A stretch of 51,506 nt of DNA from an uncultured Erysipelotrichaceae bacterium (GCA_900317295.1 ONGB01000004.1:15303-66808); one strand, 5' to 3'. Shown: positions 27,398 through 37,291, numbered from the stretch's first letter. Numbers and translations: made by a program. The notes: generated by a model from the letters alone, not told the origin.

Positions 27398-28000
27398 TTA
27401 CCCCGCGAGGCCCGATAGCCCCATGAACGCCATCGCCATGATCCCGGCGACGATCAAAGCCAAGGGGATGCCCTTGAAGGCTTTGGGCGTGGAGGAGGAT
27501 TCGAGGCGTTCCCTGATGCAGGCAAAGATGAAGATGGTGGCGAGGAACCCTAAGGAGGTGCCTAGGGCGTTAGACATCGATAAACCGAAGTCTTGGGCGA
27601 GTAGCCCCATCGAGTTCTCGCTGACGACGCCTAAGACGGCGCAGTTGGTGGTGATTAAGGGGAGGTAGATGCCCAAAGAACGATAGAGGGATGGGCTATA
27701 TTTCTTGATAAATAGACCAACCACCATGACCAGCGAAGCGATGACGAGGATGAAGGTGACGGTATCTAGGAAGGGCACTTCCGCGGGGACGAGGACGAAG
27801 TTATAGATCGGCCAGCAGATCGCCGAGGCAAGCAGGATGACGAAGGTGACGGCCAAGCCCATGTAGAAGGCGGATTTGGTCTTGTTGCCGACGCCGATGA
27901 AACTGCAGATGCCATAGAAGCGCACCAAGACGACGTTATTGATTAAGGCGTAATTAAGGATGCCCAATAAGAAGGCGACGAGCCAATTAACGAATTGCAT
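27398..28000 (-). CDS. rnfA: Electron transport complex subunit RnfA
   Basis: NNVVLVRFYGICSFIG, FILVIASLV, LGIYLPLITTNCAVLG, IRERL. Confidence 0.95.
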   Translation of the reverse strand: MQFVNWLVAFLLGILNYALINNVVLVRFYGICSFIGVGNKTKSAFYMGLAVTFVILLASAICWPIYNFVLVPAEVPFLDTVTFILVIASLVMVVGLFIKKYSPSLYRSLGIYLPLITTNCAVLGVVSENSMGLLAQDFGLSMSNALGTSLGFLATIFIFACIRERLESSSTPKAFKGIPLALIVAGIMAMAFMGLSGLAG

Positions 28001-28764
28001 CAGGACTGCCCTCCTTCTTTCGCCTTCGCTTTCGCGAGGCGCTCATCGACCTTGGCCTTGGTCTCCTTGCCGTTTTTGATCGCGGCGATCACGGCCAAGA
28101 CGATACCTAGCACCAAGAATGCCCCGGCGGGGTTGGTGAATAAGCTCATCGAATAGTCATAGGAGAAGATCGGCTGGAAGGTGACTTCGTCGTAGCCGAG
28201 GATCGGCCCTTTGAGGAGATAGAGGTTGATGGGGTTGCCGTTATTGAGGTCGGCGAGGAAGGTGAAGGTCCTGCCGAAGGTGATCATCCCAGATCCCAAG
28301 ACTTCACGGATCAGCGCGATCAAGCAGATGGCGATCGTGTAGCCTAAACCATTGCCAAGGCCATCTAGTAACGAATCCACCACCCCATTACGCGAGGCGA
28401 AGGATTCGCTTCGTCCTAGGACGATGCAGTTGACGACGAGAAGGGATAAGAACACGCCTAAGGTGTTATAGAGCTCGGGGAGGAAGGCGTTGGTGAGCAT
28501 CTTCACCAAGGTGACGAAGGTGGCGATGATGACGATGTAGCACGGGGTCCTCGCCTCTTCGGGGATCAGTTTCCTAAGCGCGGAGACTAGGACGTTGGAG
28601 CAGGTTAAGACGATCGTGAACAAAATCCCCATCCCGATCGCGGATTCCAAAGACTTCGTGACCGCGAGGGCCGGGCATAGCCCAAGCAGCGACACGAACA
28701 AGGGGTTTTCTTTCCAGATGCCGTTAAGGAAGGATTCGGCATGGACGGAGCGTTGCTTTGCCAT
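28000..28764 (-). CDS. rnfE: Electron transport complex subunit RnfE
   Basis: ENPLFVSLLGLCPALAVT, IVIIATFVT, LVVNCIVLGR.E.FA, IREVLGSG; ATG 28764 after GGAGG. Confidence 0.95.
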   Translation of the reverse strand: MAKQRSVHAESFLNGIWKENPLFVSLLGLCPALAVTKSLESAIGMGILFTIVLTCSNVLVSALRKLIPEEARTPCYIVIIATFVTLVKMLTNAFLPELYNTLGVFLSLLVVNCIVLGRSESFASRNGVVDSLLDGLGNGLGYTIAICLIALIREVLGSGMITFGRTFTFLADLNNGNPINLYLLKGPILGYDEVTFQPIFSYDYSMSLFTNPAGAFLVLGIVLAVIAAIKNGKETKAKVDERLAKAKAKEGGQS

Positions 28765-28766
28765 CG

Positions 28767-29288
28767 CTACTTGCCCTCCTTGTAATGGGTTCTGGCCTCT
28801 TCGACCATCCCTTGGATCAACGCTGCGCCGAAAGTGGCCCCGCATTTGGTCGCGTCCAAAGCCCCTTCTTTATCGGAGACATGCTGATAGACGCCGATAT
28901 AGTTATCTTCTAGGGTCTGGCCATAGCTTTCGGTATTCTCGGAGACGATCATGTTCCCGAGGCTATAGTCATCATAGATGCCGATAGAAAGGGATACGGT
29001 CCCATAGCTATTGGAACCGGATAAGGAATAGACCCTGCCCTGCTTCGTCCCATCAGTCGCGGGCCAATACTTAAGGATCGAGCCCTTATTCACCGTGACG
29101 GGCTCGCCGAAGGTCGCCCCTTCGCCGAAGACGCGGGATAAGGCGTTTTGCTCGACTTTGGCGGCGTTGGCGGAGATCGTCGGGGCGGTGAGCAGATTGA
29201 CCCCGGCGATCAATAAAGCGCTGCTGCCGGCGATCGCGGCGAGGATCCCCCCGACGAGGAAGGCGCGTTTGAGGTTCAGTTTTTCCAT
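28767..29288 (-). CDS. rnfG: Electron transport complex subunit RnfG (FMN-binding)
   Basis: N-terminal TM, VNLLTAPTI, SYG, ESYG, DATKCGAT; position in the operon. Confidence 0.82.
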   Translation of the reverse strand: MEKLNLKRAFLVGGILAAIAGSSALLIAGVNLLTAPTISANAAKVEQNALSRVFGEGATFGEPVTVNKGSILKYWPATDGTKQGRVYSLSGSNSYGTVSLSIGIYDDYSLGNMIVSENTESYGQTLEDNYIGVYQHVSDKEGALDATKCGATFGAALIQGMVEEARTHYKEGK

Positions 29289-29291
29289 AAC

Positions 29292-30446
29292 TTAGGCCAC
29301 CTTCCCTCCAAAGCCCATGCCTAGGCCGACGAGCAGCAATGCCGTCGAGCCGATGATCCCAAGGGCGAGGATCTTCTTCCACGTATAACGTTGGCTCGCC
29401 CAGCGCGGACGATCGATGACCGGGGCGAGCATGTTGGAGATAAGGATCGCGTATACCATGCCTTCGGGAAGCGCGCCGAATAGGCGGATGAAGACGGTGA
29501 TGCAGGCGGCGATCATCCCATACATCACTCGTCCTGGCGAAGTGATCGGCATCGTCACGGGGTCGCTTAGCATGTAGACCGCGCCGAAGAGAAGGCCGCC
29601 AGAGAGCAATTCAAAGCCCATGAACTGGAAGAAGTTCACGTCGATGCGGGTGCTGACGATTAATCCGGCGAGGGACATCAAGACCAAGAAGGTGCCGAAG
29701 AAGGAAGCCTCGACCCGCCAATCTAAGGCGCGGCGGACTAGTAGATAGACGAGGCCTAATAGGATCATGAAGGAGAAGGCTTCGCCTATTACCCCGGGCA
29801 TGCGGCCAAGGAACATATCGAGGATCGAAGTATTTCCGATCTCCGCGTATTTGCCGACGAAGTCGCTCATCCCGGCCACATGGATGGAATCTAAGCCAGT
29901 GAGCAAAGTGCCCCCGGTATAGACGCCTTCGGGGAAATACCAGGAAGAGACATAGCTGAACTTGGAGCCGAAGCACACTTTGGCGAACACCATGCCCACC
30001 GCGGCGGGGTTGAAGATGTTCTGCCCCGTTCCACCGAAGACGAGCTTGCCTAAGATGATGCCGACGAGTGCCCCGGTGATAAGCGCGATATAGATGATCG
30101 GCAGCGGATCGCTAGAAGGGGGCATGATCAAAGCGAAGATCGCCCCGGAGACGATCGGGGCCATCAAATTGGCGGGGATCGAATAGGCTTTCACCCCGTG
30201 GAGGAAATGCTCTTTGAAGGTGTGTTTATTCCCATCATAGGGGATGCGGTTACGAAGCAATACGCAGACGAATTCCGCCGCGGCCATCACGAAGACGGAG
30301 ATAAAGATATTCCTGACCGCGTTCCAGCCATAGACGACGATCGCCATCGCCTCGACGGGGAAAAGCGCGATGCAGACGTCTAATAGCATCCTGAAGAGGG
30401 AATCTTTCCTTCTGATGTGGGGGGATTTCTCGGTGAGGAAGTTCAT
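29292..30446 (-). CDS. rnfD: Electron transport complex subunit RnfD
   Basis: SPHIR, MLDVCIAL, KLVFGGTGQNIFNPA, GRMPGVIGE, SGGLLFGAVYMLSDPVT, PEG..YAIL..N. Confidence 0.95.
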   Translation of the reverse strand: MNFLTEKSPHIRRKDSLFRMLLDVCIALFPVEAMAIVVYGWNAVRNIFISVFVMAAAEFVCVLLRNRIPYDGNKHTFKEHFLHGVKAYSIPANLMAPIVSGAIFALIMPPSSDPLPIIYIALITGALVGIILGKLVFGGTGQNIFNPAAVGMVFAKVCFGSKFSYVSSWYFPEGVYTGGTLLTGLDSIHVAGMSDFVGKYAEIGNTSILDMFLGRMPGVIGEAFSFMILLGLVYLLVRRALDWRVEASFFGTFLVLMSLAGLIVSTRIDVNFFQFMGFELLSGGLLFGAVYMLSDPVTMPITSPGRVMYGMIAACITVFIRLFGALPEGMVYAILISNMLAPVIDRPRWASQRYTWKKILALGIIGSTALLLVGLGMGFGGKVA

Positions 30447-31756
30447 GGCAATTTCGCGACGATCTTCGCCCTCCTGACGTAATCGGTCACCCTGATCTTG
30501 CTGGTGCAGACATAGGTGCATAGGCCGCATTCGACGCAGCTAAGGGGATGCAAGGATTTGATGAGCTCTTTATCGACGGGCATCGATTTCATCGCGTCCA
30601 TGATGAGTTTGGGTTGCAGGTGCGCCGGGCAGGAAAGCACGCAGGAGCCGCACCGGATGCAGGGCTCCTCCTTCTGCTCCTCGGCGTTAAGCACGATGAC
30701 GGAGGTCACCGTCTTGGTGACGATGCAGTCGTCGCTAGGCAAGGACGCGCCCATCATCGGGCCGCCTAAGATGAAGACCTTGGGCTTATCGGGGTCGACG
30801 TATCCACCGCAATAACGCTCGATTAAGGGCTTAATGGGGGTGCCGACGCGCACTTTGAAGTTGGTGGGGTATTTGATGCCATCGCCGGTGACGGTGATTA
30901 AACGCTCATTGACGGGGTGATTATATTTCGCGGCCTGATAGATGCCCGCGACGGTGGTGACGTTGAAATTGGCGATGCCGTATTCCCCGGGCAAATGTCC
31001 GGTGGGGACCTCGATCCCGGTCGCGGATTTGATCATCGCGATCTCCCATCCCTGGGGATAGAAATTGCCCACGGGGCAGACGGAGATGCCCATGTCGGGG
31101 TAGCGACGGAGCACTTCTTCGTAAAGGAGGATCAGGTCCTTATGCTTGGATTTAATGCAGATGCGCGCGTCTTTGCATTCGTAGACCTGTTCTAGGAGAA
31201 GGATGCCACGAATGATATCCTCGGGGTCTTCCATCATTAAGCGATGGTCCGCGGTGATATAGGGCTCGCATTCGATGCCGTTGATGAGGATGGTGTTGAT
31301 CTTATTCTCGCCTTTGAGCTTGACCGCGGTGGGGAAAGAGGATCCGCCTAAGCCGACGGAGGACCACTGCTGCAAGATATCACAAAGGTCTTTCCTGGTG
31401 AGCTTAGCGACTTCTTCGTCGGTGCGGGGCTTTATCGAAGGATCCCATTCGTCTTTGCCGTCATTATGGATCTTGATGAAACTGACCTGCTTGCCGGAGC
31501 GATGGTAATGCTTCTCGTAGCCTTCGAAGGTGCCAGAGCAGGTCGCGTGGATCGGCTGATCGAAGAAGGCGCCGTGGCGCACCCCGATGACCTGGCCTTG
31601 GTAGACATGGTCCCCTTCGGAGATCGAAACGTCCGCTTTGCCGCATCTGGCGTTATCGGTGGCGATAAATAGATACTCCGGCACCGGGGCTTTGACGGTA
31701 GGCAAATACCTAAGCAAACCACGGGTGTCGGCGATGGTGACGGCTTTGGAGATCAT
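30443..31756 (-). CDS. rnfC: Electron transport complex subunit RnfC
   Basis: PIHA..SG, VGLGGSSFPT, INGIECEPYITAD, YPQGWE, GGPMMG, CIRCGSC...CP, CVECGLCTYVC. Confidence 0.95.
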   Translation of the reverse strand: MISKAVTIADTRGLLRYLPTVKAPVPEYLFIATDNARCGKADVSISEGDHVYQGQVIGVRHGAFFDQPIHATCSGTFEGYEKHYHRSGKQVSFIKIHNDGKDEWDPSIKPRTDEEVAKLTRKDLCDILQQWSSVGLGGSSFPTAVKLKGENKINTILINGIECEPYITADHRLMMEDPEDIIRGILLLEQVYECKDARICIKSKHKDLILLYEEVLRRYPDMGISVCPVGNFYPQGWEIAMIKSATGIEVPTGHLPGEYGIANFNVTTVAGIYQAAKYNHPVNERLITVTGDGIKYPTNFKVRVGTPIKPLIERYCGGYVDPDKPKVFILGGPMMGASLPSDDCIVTKTVTSVIVLNAEEQKEEPCIRCGSCVLSCPAHLQPKLIMDAMKSMPVDKELIKSLHPLSCVECGLCTYVCTSKIRVTDYVRRAKIVAKLP

Positions 31757-31909
31757 AGACTAGGGCTATTCTAATCAGTTTGCTTTCTTAAAGAAAGGGC
31801 AAGAATGCAAAGCAAACGGGGCTTACGCGCTTATGGATTGGCGCGTCAATATATCGCGCCGAAAGGCTTGGGCTGAACCATCGATGACCGAGATGCGCTT
31901 TTCCACGCC

Positions 31910-32536
31910 CTACTTTCCTTCGTCCATCGCGGCGATGATTTCGTTGACCCAAGAATCGTCATCGCCTTCCAACCACTCGAGGAACTGCAATAGATTGGTG
32001 CTGGGAACTTTCGTCTTATCCGTGGAAACGCTCTGGAGGTTTTCCTTCATAACGGCATAGGTTCGGGTGTTGATTCGACGCATCATCTCGGCAATTTGCT
32101 CTTCGGTGGCATCGTAGTTCTTGATGCCCGTCAAAGCTTCCACCGCTTCTTGGTTCTTTTTCTTGGATACATGAGTCAAGGCCACTTTCCCAAAATTGGA
32201 TAACACTACCTGCAATGTCACGGGGTTGACGAAGATAATGATTCGCTCGGCGATGCGCTTGCCTCCGAAAAGACCATCATCCAGTTTGTCATACAGGGAA
32301 AGGAAGGGGCCGGAGCCTTTATCCGCGTCGCAGAATATCAGGATCAGGTCATAGAGATTCTTTCCATACATGTCCTGGAATTTCGGGAAGAGAGAACCGT
32401 TGCCCTTCGCGTTGACGATCGGGCCCAGCTCATAAAGAGATTGATTGATGCAGGGAAAAGAGAGGATTTTCTCCAAGAAAGGCTTTTCTTCAAACCCTTC
32501 GCATAGGATGGCGATGCGCTTCCTCCTACCCCTCAT
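31910..32536 (-). CDS. RloB-like TOPRIM-fold protein
   Basis: ILCEGFEE and IFCDADK TOPRIM-like motifs; overlaps the upstream ATPase. Confidence 0.7.
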   Translation of the reverse strand: MRGRRKRIAILCEGFEEKPFLEKILSFPCINQSLYELGPIVNAKGNGSLFPKFQDMYGKNLYDLILIFCDADKGSGPFLSLYDKLDDGLFGGKRIAERIIIFVNPVTLQVVLSNFGKVALTHVSKKKNQEAVEALTGIKNYDATEEQIAEMMRRINTRTYAVMKENLQSVSTDKTKVPSTNLLQFLEWLEGDDDSWVNEIIAAMDEGK

Positions 32537-33776
32537 TCACGGCCTCCTCCAGCAATTCGAAGAGCTCGGGTCGCGGAACGGCCCCAAACTGCCCATGCAG
32601 ATAATAGTCCACGATGTCTTCGTCCCCTCGGAACCCATTCTCGTCGCGGGAAGAAATGTCGGAAAGGTGGATGACGATGGATTGATGGGTCGAGGGATCG
32701 ACGGTCGTCAGGAACACTTGGTCCTTCCGGAAGAGCCGTTTCAGATCCATCAGCAAAAGATCTTGGGTGGAGAAGATAAGCTGCGCCTTTTTATTCAGAA
32801 CGTTATTGAACAGGGCGATGATCGCGCGGGTAAGGATATGATGGAGGGAGCTATCGATTTCATCCACCAACAGGATTTTCCCGAATTTGATGGCCTCATA
32901 GAGATAGCCGGATAAAGCGATGAGCTTCTGCGTCCCGACCGAATCGAAAAGGACGCTTGGGACGCGGAATTTACCATGCACGCTATAGAATTTCAGCGTC
33001 TCGGGGACAACCCCCTGGGGGAGCATGCCGGAAAGGTCCACATCGCTGACGACGTCCTCGGAGAGGCCGAAATCGGTGATATGCAGGTCGCAATTTCTGA
33101 TGAACTCAGAGATGAACCTTTGGGCGCGGGGGTCTTGTTGCATCAGCTGAAGGGTTTTATTAAGGTCTAGCGGCTGATCAAAACGCAACAAAAGAATGGA
33201 GTTGGCGAATTCCTGATAATGCTTCTTCGCCTTTCCTAATGGGCTTTCTTCATCGAATTTCAGCGTGGAGATAATCGGGTAGTCCGAGGAGAATAGCGAA
33301 AATAGCGAAGACCCCTTTCCCACATCTAGCCCCGGAATGTCCACGCCATCTTTTCGGCGGCAAATCAGCGGGGTATAGGTCTTAACGTGGGAGTTGGACG
33401 GGGCGATGGAAATCGTCGCGAGTTCTTCTTCGAGGTAGGCGTTCTTCTTGCAGTCATAGGCCACCTTATAACGGTAATTGCATCCATCGATGACGTACTC
33501 AACATCATATTCGATGACGTCGTCATCCATAAAAGAATTGGTCAGGTTCTCATGCGGCTGATTGAGCATGAGATTCTTCAAGTTGGCCAACGCGAGAATC
33601 AAACATGTCTTCCCCGTGTTGTTGGGGCCATAGATCCCGATGGTCTTAAGAATGGGGCGCCCGCCCATCATAACGGCATTGCAGGAAAGCCGTTTGATCA
33701 GGCCGTTGGCCGTCAAAGGGACATCGACTCTGTCAGCGAAGGTTTTATAGTTCTTGAAAGAAAAGTGGGTGATCAT
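32526..33776 (-). CDS. RloA-like ABC/AAA_21 ATPase
   Basis: FSFKNYKTF, IYGPNNTGKT, DSVGTQKL, LLVDEIDSSLH, QLIFSTQD, YLHGQFGAVP. Confidence 0.88.
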   Translation of the reverse strand: MITHFSFKNYKTFADRVDVPLTANGLIKRLSCNAVMMGGRPILKTIGIYGPNNTGKTCLILALANLKNLMLNQPHENLTNSFMDDDVIEYDVEYVIDGCNYRYKVAYDCKKNAYLEEELATISIAPSNSHVKTYTPLICRRKDGVDIPGLDVGKGSSLFSLFSSDYPIISTLKFDEESPLGKAKKHYQEFANSILLLRFDQPLDLNKTLQLMQQDPRAQRFISEFIRNCDLHITDFGLSEDVVSDVDLSGMLPQGVVPETLKFYSVHGKFRVPSVLFDSVGTQKLIALSGYLYEAIKFGKILLVDEIDSSLHHILTRAIIALFNNVLNKKAQLIFSTQDLLLMDLKRLFRKDQVFLTTVDPSTHQSIVIHLSDISSRDENGFRGDEDIVDYYLHGQFGAVPRPELFELLEEAVNEG

Positions 33777-33893
33777 AAGGTTTCCTCCCCCTATATCCTA
33801 ACCAGTTGTTTATTATTGTGCAATATTCTTGCACGCTAATAAATAGTCGTGGAATCCCTGCCGCCTCCTTAGGATGAGGGGATGGCCTCTTAC

Positions 33894-34337
33894 CTATTTC
33901 TCTTGCTTAGTGGGGCTAGATAGACCGCGTCCATCCTCTAGGCCAGGCACGCCGTATCGCATCGCCAGCTTGAGCAACAAATCGACCGATTCGCTTTGGA
34001 TGGCGCCGGTCTCGAACCGGGTGATGGTTTTGTCGCCTAGATGCAATAAACGGGCCATTTCCACCGCGGTCAGATGATGCTCCCGGCGATAGTCTTTCAA
34101 TTGCTTGGCGCTCACCAGCCCCTTGGCTTCTTTGTATGCCTCGAAGGCGGCGCGTTGGTCGGCGATCGAATACTCAGGCACATCGATCTCTTCCCCGCAG
34201 TGGGCGCAGGTTACGATGTGTTGAGGGACCGTCACTTGAATGTCCCCCACTTCCACGGTTTCCACGTTCTCCTTCACGTTATATTCGCAATAGGTGGCGC
34301 AGAAGGGGCAGATGTCCATTGGTTTTTCGTTTTTCAT
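33894..34337 (-). CDS. mqsA: MqsA-like antitoxin (Zn-finger plus Xre HTH)
   Basis: CPFC...CAHCGEE; YR....LT..EMARLL.LG.KTITRFE.G.IQ. Confidence 0.88.
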   Translation of the reverse strand: MKNEKPMDICPFCATYCEYNVKENVETVEVGDIQVTVPQHIVTCAHCGEEIDVPEYSIADQRAAFEAYKEAKGLVSAKQLKDYRREHHLTAVEMARLLHLGDKTITRFETGAIQSESVDLLLKLAMRYGVPGLEDGRGLSSPTKQEK

Positions 34338-34350
34338 AGCGGGTTACTCC

Positions 34351-34431
34351 TTATGCATCTTCGTGGAACGAGATGACGAAGACGATGATCGTCTCTCGAT
34401 TTTTCGTTATAAAATCTCCGTTCAAATAGTA
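34351..34431 (-). pseudogene. C-terminal stub of an MqsR-like toxin
   Basis: Reads ...ETIIVFVISFHEDA* directly before the mqsA Shine-Dalgarno (TAAGGAG); in-frame TGA upstream, no full ORF. Confidence 0.6.
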
Positions 34432-34453
34432 TCAATTAATACTTATATGTCAA
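34426..34453 (-). promoter_or_regulatory. sigma70/sigA promoter for the mqs locus
   Basis: TTGACA-N16-TACTAT with extended TG. Confidence 0.7.
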
Positions 34454-34491
34454 TCGTTTGGCCATCGAGAAATAAAAAAGGGGGCTTATGG

Positions 34492-34983
34492 TTAACGCGC
34501 CAATAAATCCGCGAGATAGCCCTCTCCCTTCCGGTGGCGGGCGATGCGCTTATATTCCATGATTGCCCAAACCATGTCGTTCTTATCAAAATACTCCTCC
34601 ACGCGGATTTGCGGGCGGGCTTCCTTTAAAAACGTTTTCGGGCGGATGCGCGATTTGGTTTTCGCATAAGCTTCGTAAAGGCCCTCCCGAAGCAGGATGA
34701 GCACCTCGATTTCGGGACGGGTGCAGAGTTTTATCTCTTGGATGTCGCGTAGCTCCATGCCGCGGACATCGAGTTTATCCTTCAAGGTGTCGCCGATGCG
34801 GTAAACGACGATCTTTTCGTCGAAGGGAAGCCTTAATAGCCTTTGGCGATATTTCCTTAGCGCCTGCGGGCAATGGAGGGGATGGCCGGTGAAGAGACGA
34901 TCGGAAAAATGGATCTGCCCGTTTCTTAGGAGCGATTCCATCAAATACACTTCCGTGTTCCCTTCGCAGGCCAATACGATCAC
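34492..34983 (-). CDS. RloB/TOPRIM-like partner of an ABC ATPase
   Basis: LACEGNTE, YRIGD, TRPEIE.L.L..EG.Y, KPK-like RPKTF; GTGA overlap with the ATPase. Confidence 0.65.
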   Translation of the reverse strand: MIVLACEGNTEVYLMESLLRNGQIHFSDRLFTGHPLHCPQALRKYRQRLLRLPFDEKIVVYRIGDTLKDKLDVRGMELRDIQEIKLCTRPEIEVLILLREGLYEAYAKTKSRIRPKTFLKEARPQIRVEEYFDKNDMVWAIMEYKRIARHRKGEGYLADLLAR

Positions 34984-36113
34984 CGGGCGATCGCCTCCCT
35001 AAGGGCTTCGGAGCGTTCGAAGTTGGCGAGGGTATCGAAGGCGTTTTGGTTGAATTGGTTGCTCTTCAATAGATCGGTGCGGATCCCATAATCGTTTAGG
35101 TTCTTCAGCGTGATGAGATTGCCCTCCCGATGCAACACGTTGACGTTATCGCACCGCTCGCCATGATCGAGCAATTCCGCATAGTGGGTGGTATAGATGA
35201 TCGTCGCGTGGGCCTTATTCACCTCGGGGTCGGCGTATAGGCCCATCAGGTCTTCCACCAGGTTGCGGTTGAAGTGGCGTTCGATCTCATCGACGAGCAC
35301 TTGCCCCCCTAAGCGGAAGGCCACCATCGACATCCCGAAAAGCAATATCCCCCGCAATGTCCCTTGGGAGAGGATGCGGGCCAAGGCGGAATAATCCATC
35401 ACCACGGGGCAGGAGCCCGCCCTTTGGAAGGCGTAGCCGATCATCTTCCCCCGCTCATAGGCGGGGCGGATCGAAGCGATGCTGTCGTCGAATAGATGGA
35501 GCAAGGCATCCAAGGCTTCTAAGCCATAGAGGTCTTCGATTTGGCCCATGAGGCTAGGCAACAAGCGCGGGGCCTCTTTGAAGTCCGCGTAGAAAAGCCG
35601 CGGTTCATCGGCGAACATCTTCGCGAGGTTCGAGGTATCCCCGCCGATATTGGGCAGGAAGCTGGAAACGCGGGCAAAGCCCAGATTGGAGAGGTCTTTC
35701 TTGTAATGCTTTTTCCAAGTGGTCTTCTCCAAAGACTCTTCTAGGATCAGGGGATATTGCCTTTCGGGGTTCCCCCGGAAGGAAAAAGTCCCCCGATATT
35801 GGTAGACGAGGCCTTTTTCATAGAAAAGGACCGATAGGGAGAAGGCTTCTTCCGGGATTTCATCCACGCGGATGGGCAACCTCCCCAAGAAGAGGAAGGA
35901 AAGCGTTAGGCCGAAAAGGTCCATCACGGTGCTCTTCCCGGAGGAATTCTTTCCTAAGAAGATGGTTTCGATCGGATAAGGGAGCCCGGGCGCCAATTCT
36001 ATTAATTCGGGGTTAGGGCCTCCGCTTACCCGCGTTTTCGTCAGGAGATTCACGGAGAATCCTTTTTCTAGCATCCGATAGCCCTTCGGCACGGAGATCT
36101 GCAATAACTTCAT
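34980..36113 (-). CDS. RloA-like ABC/AAA_21 ATPase (second copy)
   Basis: GKNSSGKS, LSQGTLRG, VLVDEIERHFN, TTHY; GGAGG before ATG 36113. Confidence 0.85.
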   Translation of the reverse strand: MKLLQISVPKGYRMLEKGFSVNLLTKTRVSGGPNPELIELAPGLPYPIETIFLGKNSSGKSTVMDLFGLTLSFLFLGRLPIRVDEIPEEAFSLSVLFYEKGLVYQYRGTFSFRGNPERQYPLILEESLEKTTWKKHYKKDLSNLGFARVSSFLPNIGGDTSNLAKMFADEPRLFYADFKEAPRLLPSLMGQIEDLYGLEALDALLHLFDDSIASIRPAYERGKMIGYAFQRAGSCPVVMDYSALARILSQGTLRGILLFGMSMVAFRLGGQVLVDEIERHFNRNLVEDLMGLYADPEVNKAHATIIYTTHYAELLDHGERCDNVNVLHREGNLITLKNLNDYGIRTDLLKSNQFNQNAFDTLANFERSEALREAIAR

Positions 36114-36472
36114 GGTTTTCCCTCCGCCAAAAGTATATCGGAGCATCGGTGAATAACAATAAAAATTATGTTTATATCCGTTTTTGGTGTTTATATTCGT
36201 AATATTCATGGCTTGGGTTGTTTTTTGTTCCCCTACCTTTCTATACACGGGAGACGGCCTACTCTGGCGAAAGAAAAATGAGGGATGGCAAAAAGAACTG
36301 AACCCATCGAAGAAAAAAGTTTTGTTTTTTTTATGCGAATTCTTAAGCGGCCTTATGGTTTCGCGTCATAAAGGCGAAGAGATCATTCCTAGCCCAGTAC
36401 CATCCACGGCGCCCTCCTTCCTTGCTTTGCTACGTTCATTTATAATGGGGGCGACGATAAGGAGCCCCCTAT

Positions 36473-37222
36473 ATGGTTATGAACAAAGCCTGCCTATTCT
36501 CGCTTATGTGCGCGCCTTTGCTTTTGGCATGCGCGCCCGTAAAAGAGGTGAACGCCATCGGCGATCCCCTTAACCCCACGATCGGGGATCTGCAGAACGC
36601 GATCAACGAGGCGGGGATGAATTTCACCAAGGTCACGACCATCGATTCCTATGATGGGGAATCCAGGTTCCCGTTCGAAGAAAAGAACCCCGCCACCCAG
36701 CTATATACCGAAGATGGGCTATATCAGGTGGAACGCAATTCGGGTTATTACAATGGTCCTAACGCCATCTGGCATTGCAGCAAAGGCGAAGGGGACACCT
36801 GGAACTACGCGTTATCCGAATCCACCTATCAGCATTACTATGACCGTTACACCACTTTCGCCTGCTTCAGCGGAACCTTCTGCTCGACCTATCTTTCCGC
36901 CACCGCGAAAGAAGGGTCAAATGGCTTATCCTATGTCAATGACCCGAGCAAGGACATCAGCCAAGCCCAGTTGATCCAATTGGTGTATATGCTGGCTCCC
37001 TTGGTCACGATCGATGAGGGCCAAACCATCTCTAACTATTCATTAGTATTCACGATGGATGCCGACCTCCATATGTCTTCGATCTCCATCGAATGCACGA
37101 TCAGCCAACTAGAAGGCGTGGAGAAATCCGGCTTGCTTAGATCGGAAGCCGTGTTCTCTGATATTGGGACCACCACCCTACCCTACGTCATCGCAGAGGA
37201 TGGCTCCGTCAGCAACGCCTAA
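36473..37222 (+). CDS. Lipoprotein of unknown function
   Basis: Lipobox LLLAC; TATAAT and AAGGAG upstream. Confidence 0.78.
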   Translation: MVMNKACLFSLMCAPLLLACAPVKEVNAIGDPLNPTIGDLQNAINEAGMNFTKVTTIDSYDGESRFPFEEKNPATQLYTEDGLYQVERNSGYYNGPNAIWHCSKGEGDTWNYALSESTYQHYYDRYTTFACFSGTFCSTYLSATAKEGSNGLSYVNDPSKDISQAQLIQLVYMLAPLVTIDEGQTISNYSLVFTMDADLHMSSISIECTISQLEGVEKSGLLRSEAVFSDIGTTTLPYVIAEDGSVSNA

Positions 37223-37244
37223 GGTCCTATCCATATAAGCAATA

Positions 37245-37271
37245 GCCCGATGCGCGGATTCGCATCGGGCT
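37245..37271. terminator. Bidirectional intrinsic terminator
   Basis: GCCCGATGCG...CGCATCGGGC between convergent genes. Confidence 0.75.
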
Positions 37272-37291
37272 TATGTTTTTATGCATCCCAC

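Noticed and set aside
36169-36199. Direct repeat TGTTTATAT(C/T)CG x2 upstream of ATPase 2
   Set aside because: Short, AT-rich and only two copies; could be an operator but cannot be distinguished from chance
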